From positions 1 to 59,013 of the forward strand of contig JAZQWS010000180.1 in the NCBI GenBank assembly GCA_045632465.1: a DNA stretch of 59,013 nucleotides, read 5' to 3'. A program made the position numbers and the translations under genes. The stretch is from Eubacteriales bacterium (GTDB lineage Bacteria; Bacillota; Clostridia; Oscillospirales; CAG-272). Positions 54,614 to 59,013 of the stretch are shown one piece after another. A model generated the notes under the pieces. It searched no databases, was not told the origin of the DNA, and saw nothing but the letters and a program-made list of their open reading frames with translations. Every line of letters starts with the position of its first letter. Position 1 is the stretch's first letter.

Positions 54614-56167
54614 ATGATCGATTTCAAAGCGGCCGCTCTGGCCGAATATAATAGCGGAGAGCTTACCGCGCATCACGGCGGCGCTTTCGGGCGTCCCTTC
54701 TGGAATGCGAACGCAACGCAGTTTACCTACGTGCCTGCTTTCGGCTTCCCCGTTTCGTCCTTGGCAAAGGAATATCTTTTCACCGCCACCGACTGCGAGG
54801 GAAAGAAGCATTCCTTCGTAGCAAAAAAGCCGACCGAGCTTCTGACGCCCATTTGGGGCGCGATCGCACCGGGTATGGTGACGCTGACGGTTGAGGCTCT
54901 GGATGCGGAGGGCAAGGTGCTTTTTCTGACCGGCGCGCGCACCTTCTATAAATGCACACCTTTTATGGGACGCGATGCCTATCCCGCGCAGAAGCAAAGC
55001 TTTTTGGATTGCGCAAAGAAAGGCTTCCGCTACGTGCTGGAGCAACCCTACGTGCGCCATTTTCTCACGCACGGCACTCCTGATCCGAATTACAGCTACT
55101 ACGTTTATCCCTCCAAGATGATCTCAGCGATCATCAAATCTATGGTGAATCTTTCGAAGATCGATGAGACGGCGGCAGACGAAGCTCTGCAGATCGCAGA
55201 AAAGGCGGCAGACTACCTGCTTTCCATCACCTTCAAAGCGCCGAGCGCCGCGGCAGGTCTGCCCCCGACGTATTATATTGATTTCCGCCCTGCGGGCATT
55301 GGCACCAACTATGTGGCCGATAAGAATCTCGGAAAAATTATGATGATCTACCCTGCGCAGGTGGGAGGCGCCTACCTTTCGCTTGCAAAGGCAAGCGGAA
55401 AGCAGCGCTATTTTGACGAGGCGATCCTGATCGCGGATTACTATGTGAACACGATCACGCCCGAGGGAAGCTGGCCGCTTCTGATCGATGCGGAAAGCGG
55501 AAAGCGCACCACCCAAAATCTCTGCATTCCCGACATGATCATCAGCTTTCTCTTTGACGTTGCAGAGAAAACCGGCGATGCGCGCTATAAGACGGCGGCC
55601 GAGCGGGGACTTGCTTACATCGAAGAAAAGTGTCTTGCGACCTACAACTGGGAAGGACAGTTTGAGGACGTTCACCCCACCGCCAATTACGAAAATCTCA
55701 CTCAATTTAACGCCAAAAACTATATGGGATTTATCACCGAGCATCGAGAGCATACGCCCGAGACGATCGAAACCGCGCTGGATCTCTGCCGCTATATCGA
55801 GGATCAGTTCGTTGTTTGGGGGCCGCACGCCCCCTCCGCAAAATGGGATACGAGCCAATGGCTCTACCCCGCAGGACTTGAGCAATACGGCTGGTATCAT
55901 CCGATCAACGGAAGTACGACGAGTGCAGTGCAGGCCTTTATCTACGCGCACAAGCTGACGAAAAATCCCCTCTTCCTCGAAAAAGCACGCGCCCTTGCCA
56001 CCACGGTTGCGAATCACCAAAACGAGCAGAGCGGCGCAATTCCGACCTATTTCCGAGAGGAAAAATGCGAAGAAACGCTCGAGGATTTTTGGCTGAACTG
56101 CCACACGGGCGCGGCAAGCCAGATGATGTTTATAGCGAAATACGAAGCATCGCTTGAGGAAAAATAA
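54614..56167 (+). CDS. hypothetical protein, possibly beta-sandwich plus alpha/alpha-toroid (glycan-active?) fold
   Basis: 517 aa with AAGGAG as SD. No catalytic motif recognised. The fold guess rests on composition only. Confidence 0.35.
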   Translation: MIDFKAAALAEYNSGELTAHHGGAFGRPFWNANATQFTYVPAFGFPVSSLAKEYLFTATDCEGKKHSFVAKKPTELLTPIWGAIAPGMVTLTVEALDAEGKVLFLTGARTFYKCTPFMGRDAYPAQKQSFLDCAKKGFRYVLEQPYVRHFLTHGTPDPNYSYYVYPSKMISAIIKSMVNLSKIDETAADEALQIAEKAADYLLSITFKAPSAAAGLPPTYYIDFRPAGIGTNYVADKNLGKIMMIYPAQVGGAYLSLAKASGKQRYFDEAILIADYYVNTITPEGSWPLLIDAESGKRTTQNLCIPDMIISFLFDVAEKTGDARYKTAAERGLAYIEEKCLATYNWEGQFEDVHPTANYENLTQFNAKNYMGFITEHREHTPETIETALDLCRYIEDQFVVWGPHAPSAKWDTSQWLYPAGLEQYGWYHPINGSTTSAVQAFIYAHKLTKNPLFLEKARALATTVANHQNEQSGAIPTYFREEKCEETLEDFWLNCHTGAASQMMFIAKYEASLEEK

Positions 56168-56263
56168 TCATTTTGCAAAGAATTCTTTCCATTTTATTCT
56201 CCGTATAGAAGAACGGTCTCCTTGAAAAGATAGAGATACCGTCTCTATGAAAGGAGATCAAAA

Positions 56264-56464
56264 ATGAAAGAACGCAAGAGAGAGGATGCGCCGATCGAGG
56301 AATTTCCCTCTATCAACTCGCCCCACATTGCACAGCCTGTCAGCGATCCGCCCGTTCCCAACCGCGCACACACGGATATGCGCGTAAACGGCGTTGAAGG
56401 TCTCGACGTGCTGACCGAGAACGAAAAAGCATCGCTTTATTTTAAAAAGGATCTGATGCTATAA
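56264..56464 (+). CDS. small hypothetical protein
   Basis: 66 aa, AAGGAG SD, followed directly by a strong terminator. Confidence 0.5.
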   Translation: MKERKREDAPIEEFPSINSPHIAQPVSDPPVPNRAHTDMRVNGVEGLDVLTENEKASLYFKKDLML

Positions 56465-56497
56465 AAAATGGGAGAGCTGAATGCTCTCCCATTTTTT
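56463..56497. terminator. bidirectional intrinsic terminator
   Basis: AAAAAATGGGAGAGC (56463-77) pairs with GCTCTCCCATTTTTT (56483-97). Confidence 0.85.
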
Positions 56498-58265
56498 ATA
56501 TAAGCGCGCCTTCCGCTCTTTTTGCATGGAACATTTTAAGAAGAACGGATTTATATGCGGCGCGGGAATCAACGAATCCCTTTTCTGCGGCGGCGCGATA
56601 GGTGGAATATGCGAGATCGCGATCGGCCTTGCCGCCGATACCGAATTCATGCAGGGCGCCCAGCGTATACAGGGCGCGCGCGTGACCAAGCTCAGCGGCG
56701 CGCTCCATTGCGGTGCGCGCGGCAGCATACTTGCCCTGATAAAGAAGGCGCATGCCCATGGAATAGAGGGACGAAAGAAGCTTTTGACCACGGCGCGCAA
56801 GAAGCGCAAAGAGCGCCTCTCTTGCCTCCTCAACACCTGCGGCGACGGCACGGCGCAGATACATATGCGCCGCTTTGAAATTGCGGTTAATGCCGATGCC
56901 GTGGAGATAACAGCGGCCAAGGCGATATTCCGCCATAGCTTCCTTTTCCTTCGCGGCGCTCTCATACCAAAGGAAGGCGCGGCGGCGATCCACAGAAACG
57001 CCAATTCCCTCCTCATAACAGAAGCCAAGCATCACGGAGGCGGGGGCATAGCCCATGGAGGCCGCGAGCGCAAAGCTCGAAAAGGCATCCTCGGGGGCAT
57101 CGGTATATTGCTTTTTGCCACGCGCAAAAAGCTCCTCGCGGCGCTCCTCGATGGCGCGCGCTTTATCCGCTCCCTCGCGAGAGCCAAGAGAGAGAGCCTC
57201 CCGATACAGCGCATAGGCATACGGAATATTTTGGCCGCGATCATTTTCCGAATAAAGATCTCCCAGGCGGATGCAAGCCTCTGCCGAGCCGAGCGCCTTG
57301 GCGGCATTATACCAGGCGATGGCATCCATGCGCGAAAGCGGCATCCCTGCCCCAAAGCGATAGGCATCCGCCAAAGCAAGATATGCGGCGGCGTTTCCTT
57401 TTTTTCCGTAATACAGAAGAACGTCCTTGCCCTTTTCGGCATCCGGCGCACCGAGATAGCCCTGTATATAGAGAAGACCGAGGCGGCATTGCGCCTGCGC
57501 ATCCCCTCGCGTTGCGAGCATCTGGCAAAGATTCAGATATGCTTTTTGATATCCGCACTTATCCGCGCGCTCCATCATCTCACGAATCAGGGCGGAAAGA
57601 TGCGGCACAGTGGGCGCGGGAGGCTCTTTTGCCTGCACGTTTCTCAAGCGGAATGCAAGCGGCCACACGTTCGGCGGCAAGGGCGCGGCATGCAAAAGAT
57701 ACCATTTAGCGATCCCCTCGTCCGAAGCAACGCCCGCGCCGCGATCATAGCGAACGGCAAGCGAAGCGGCGGCACGGCGACTGCCCGAAGCGGCCGCCAG
57801 GCCAAGATAGGCGATCGCATCTGCCTCCTGCCCTGCATCCTGAAAGATCGTGGCGGCGGCATCGTATGCCTCTCCATACCCCAAGAGGGCCGAATAAAGG
57901 AGAAAGAATTTCCCCTGCTCATTTCCTTGCTTTTTCAGCACCTTTCCATAGAAGAACGCGCCCTTCGCATCGCCCTCTCTCGCGGAAAGCGAGAGATATT
58001 CCATAGCGGCCGCCGCATCCTCGCGAACACCGCTTCCCTCATAGAGCATACGCCCATACATAGCGGCGGCGGCAGGATGCCCTGCATCGGCAAGAATATG
58101 CGTTAGCTCCGTGGCGGTTTCATGCGCGCCATCGCGGATGGCAATGCGGCGCTCATCCTCCAGCTGCAAAATTTCTTCTGCGGAAAGCGAGAATTCGGCA
58201 CCGCATTGCGCGCATTTGCGCCCCTCGTACACGCCCTCGTATCCACAGCTTTTACATAAAATCAT
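56496..58265 (-). CDS. zinc-ribbon plus Sel1-repeat (SLR/TPR-like) protein
   Basis: The track start at 58277 is TTG. ATG 58265 has GGAG 6 nt upstream. N-terminus 'CKSCGYEGVYEGRKCAQCG', then about ten Sel1-type repeats by eye (for example 'GDAQAQCRLGLLYIQG', 'AEYRLGRCYLHGIGINRN'). Confidence 0.8.
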   Translation of the reverse strand: MILCKSCGYEGVYEGRKCAQCGAEFSLSAEEILQLEDERRIAIRDGAHETATELTHILADAGHPAAAAMYGRMLYEGSGVREDAAAAMEYLSLSAREGDAKGAFFYGKVLKKQGNEQGKFFLLYSALLGYGEAYDAAATIFQDAGQEADAIAYLGLAAASGSRRAAASLAVRYDRGAGVASDEGIAKWYLLHAAPLPPNVWPLAFRLRNVQAKEPPAPTVPHLSALIREMMERADKCGYQKAYLNLCQMLATRGDAQAQCRLGLLYIQGYLGAPDAEKGKDVLLYYGKKGNAAAYLALADAYRFGAGMPLSRMDAIAWYNAAKALGSAEACIRLGDLYSENDRGQNIPYAYALYREALSLGSREGADKARAIEERREELFARGKKQYTDAPEDAFSSFALAASMGYAPASVMLGFCYEEGIGVSVDRRRAFLWYESAAKEKEAMAEYRLGRCYLHGIGINRNFKAAHMYLRRAVAAGVEEAREALFALLARRGQKLLSSLYSMGMRLLYQGKYAAARTAMERAAELGHARALYTLGALHEFGIGGKADRDLAYSTYRAAAEKGFVDSRAAYKSVLLKMFHAKRAEGALI

Positions 58266-58347
58266 AGGCTTCTCCAAAGACTTACATATTTTTGATCAAA
58301 GGCGGAAAACTAATCTCGGAACAAAATCAAAATGAAAGGATTTCGAT

Positions 58348-58545
58348 ATGCTGTTTTCCAAAAGAGAAAGAAGAAAGCGCCATCCTCTCTTTGCCTTAAC
58401 GGTTACGGCGTTGGCCGCCGTTGGTCTCTGCGGGATATTTTCCGCTTCCAAGAATATAATAACGGAAAAATGCGAAAAAATCAAGCATTTTTTCTGTAAA
58501 AAACAGAAAAATAATATCTGCGCCTGTGAGGAAGAGAAAAACTAA
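58348..58545 (+). CDS. small membrane-anchored, Cys/Lys-rich protein
   Basis: 65 aa with a basic N-terminus, one TM helix ('LFALTVTALAAVGLCGIF') and a Cys/Lys-rich tail. Confidence 0.45.
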   Translation: MLFSKRERRKRHPLFALTVTALAAVGLCGIFSASKNIITEKCEKIKHFFCKKQKNNICACEEEKN

Positions 58546-58572
58546 ACGTTTTTCTCAAATTTCTTCCTATTT

Positions 58573-58609
58573 AATAAAATGCGGCTTGAAATTCAAGCCG
58601 CATTTTATT
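58573..58609. terminator. bidirectional intrinsic terminator
   Basis: AATAAAATGCGGCTTGAA pairs with TTCAAGCCGCATTTTATT. Confidence 0.8.
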
Positions 58610-59013
58610 ATCCGTTGTGTCCCTTACCCTCATAGGTGATCTTCGTCAATGCAAGAAGCTTCGGGAAGGAATGGTTGTAGTACGCGCTTTCAAGGAAATA
58701 TTCCTCTCCCATCACCTCGAGAAGTCCCTCTTTGGTTTTGGCGATCTCAGCCATATACTCCGCGTAAGCCGCCTTTTTCTCTTCCTCGGTTTTCTGCTGA
58801 TCCACGTAGCTCTCATCCAAGAGGCAATTCTGCTTTGCGAATTCATTGAGGATCTCCTCATATGCCGTGGCAAGCTCGCTTTCACTCGGCGCAACGCCGA
58901 GAAGCTGGATCGCATAGAAGAAGATAACCTTCTCGCCTGCGGTTTGCTTCGAGAGGCGCTTGATATACGAGGTGTAATGCTCACCCTCTGCCAGAGATTT
59001 TGCGAAATATTCG
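58608..59013 (-). CDS. hypothetical protein, C-terminal fragment (5' end outside window)
   Basis: The minus-strand frame is open from the window edge through the track's TTG 'start' at 58820 (64 further sense codons, no stop). No motif recognised. Confidence 0.5.
   Translation of the reverse strand, partial: EYFAKSLAEGEHYTSYIKRLSKQTAGEKVIFFYAIQLLGVAPSESELATAYEEILNEFAKQNCLLDESYVDQQKTEEEKKAAYAEYMAEIAKTKEGLLEVMGEEYFLESAYYNHSFPKLLALTKITYEGKGHNG

Noticed and set aside
56481-58106. 541-aa plus-strand ORF opposite the Sel1-repeat gene
   Set aside because: It is an antisense shadow. The Sel1 repeats and zinc ribbon read cleanly on the minus strand.
1-59013. Search by eye for tRNA, rRNA, tmRNA, RNase P, CRISPR arrays, transposases/IS ends and integrases
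   Set aside because: I saw no cloverleaf-type conserved tRNA segments, no regularly spaced repeats of 24-40 nt, and no DDE or tyrosine/serine recombinase ORFs. A tRNAscan, Infernal or minced run would be needed to be certain.

Overview
This is a 59-kb window from a GC-rich Firmicutes/Clostridia-type chromosome. Hand-counted 60-nt lines in ordinary genes give about 53-57% GC. Supporting features are Gram-positive Shine-Dalgarno sites, sigA-like TTGACA-17-TATAAT promoters, dipicolinate synthase dpaAB (spore former), a Re-type citrate synthase and HPr.

Layout:
(1) 1-11.2 kb is the distal part of a phage-derived virion operon, all on the + strand. It holds a portal fragment, acidic scaffold, major capsid, adaptor-like protein, a 904-aa tail/nozzle-like protein carrying a BspA-type LRR insert, fibre-like proteins and three membrane proteins. 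The gene order is podovirus-like. I see no tail tube, no tape measure and no lysin.
(2) 11.3-28.7 kb is housekeeping: cysK, secG, tadA, a GT4 glycosyltransferase, rimM-trmD, an O-antigen-ligase-like protein, ptsH, uvrC, rsmD-coaD, pheST, a MATE exporter and an MBL hydrolase.
(3) 28.7-34.2 kb is a glycan-utilisation patch. It includes a roughly 4-kb low-GC island (AraC regulator, ceramidase-like protein, GH-A hydrolase) next to a GC-rich paralogue of that hydrolase.
(4) 36.2-42.1 kb holds hpf and a Re-citrate synthase / GntR / aconitase / isocitrate dehydrogenase operon with a consensus promoter and a palindromic operator.
(5) 42.2-54.0 kb holds dpaAB, a sugar ABC importer, rsuA-like, tex, a coupled DUF5685 / J-protein / membrane-protein trio, rimO and pgsA.
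(6) 54.04-54.44 kb is a small locus that I read as a type I toxin-antitoxin module: a 29-codon hydrophobic peptide with a sequestered SD, plus a convergent promoter-to-terminator sRNA. This is my best candidate for something overlooked.
(7) 54.6-59.0 kb holds accessory genes, including a zinc-ribbon/Sel1-repeat protein.

I found no rRNA, tRNA or CRISPR array by eye. All family calls come from motif recognition and gene context only; no database search, alignment or folding program was run. The ORF track shows TTG/GTG starts as M and often extends N-termini, so many starts were re-set to the first SD-preceded start codon.
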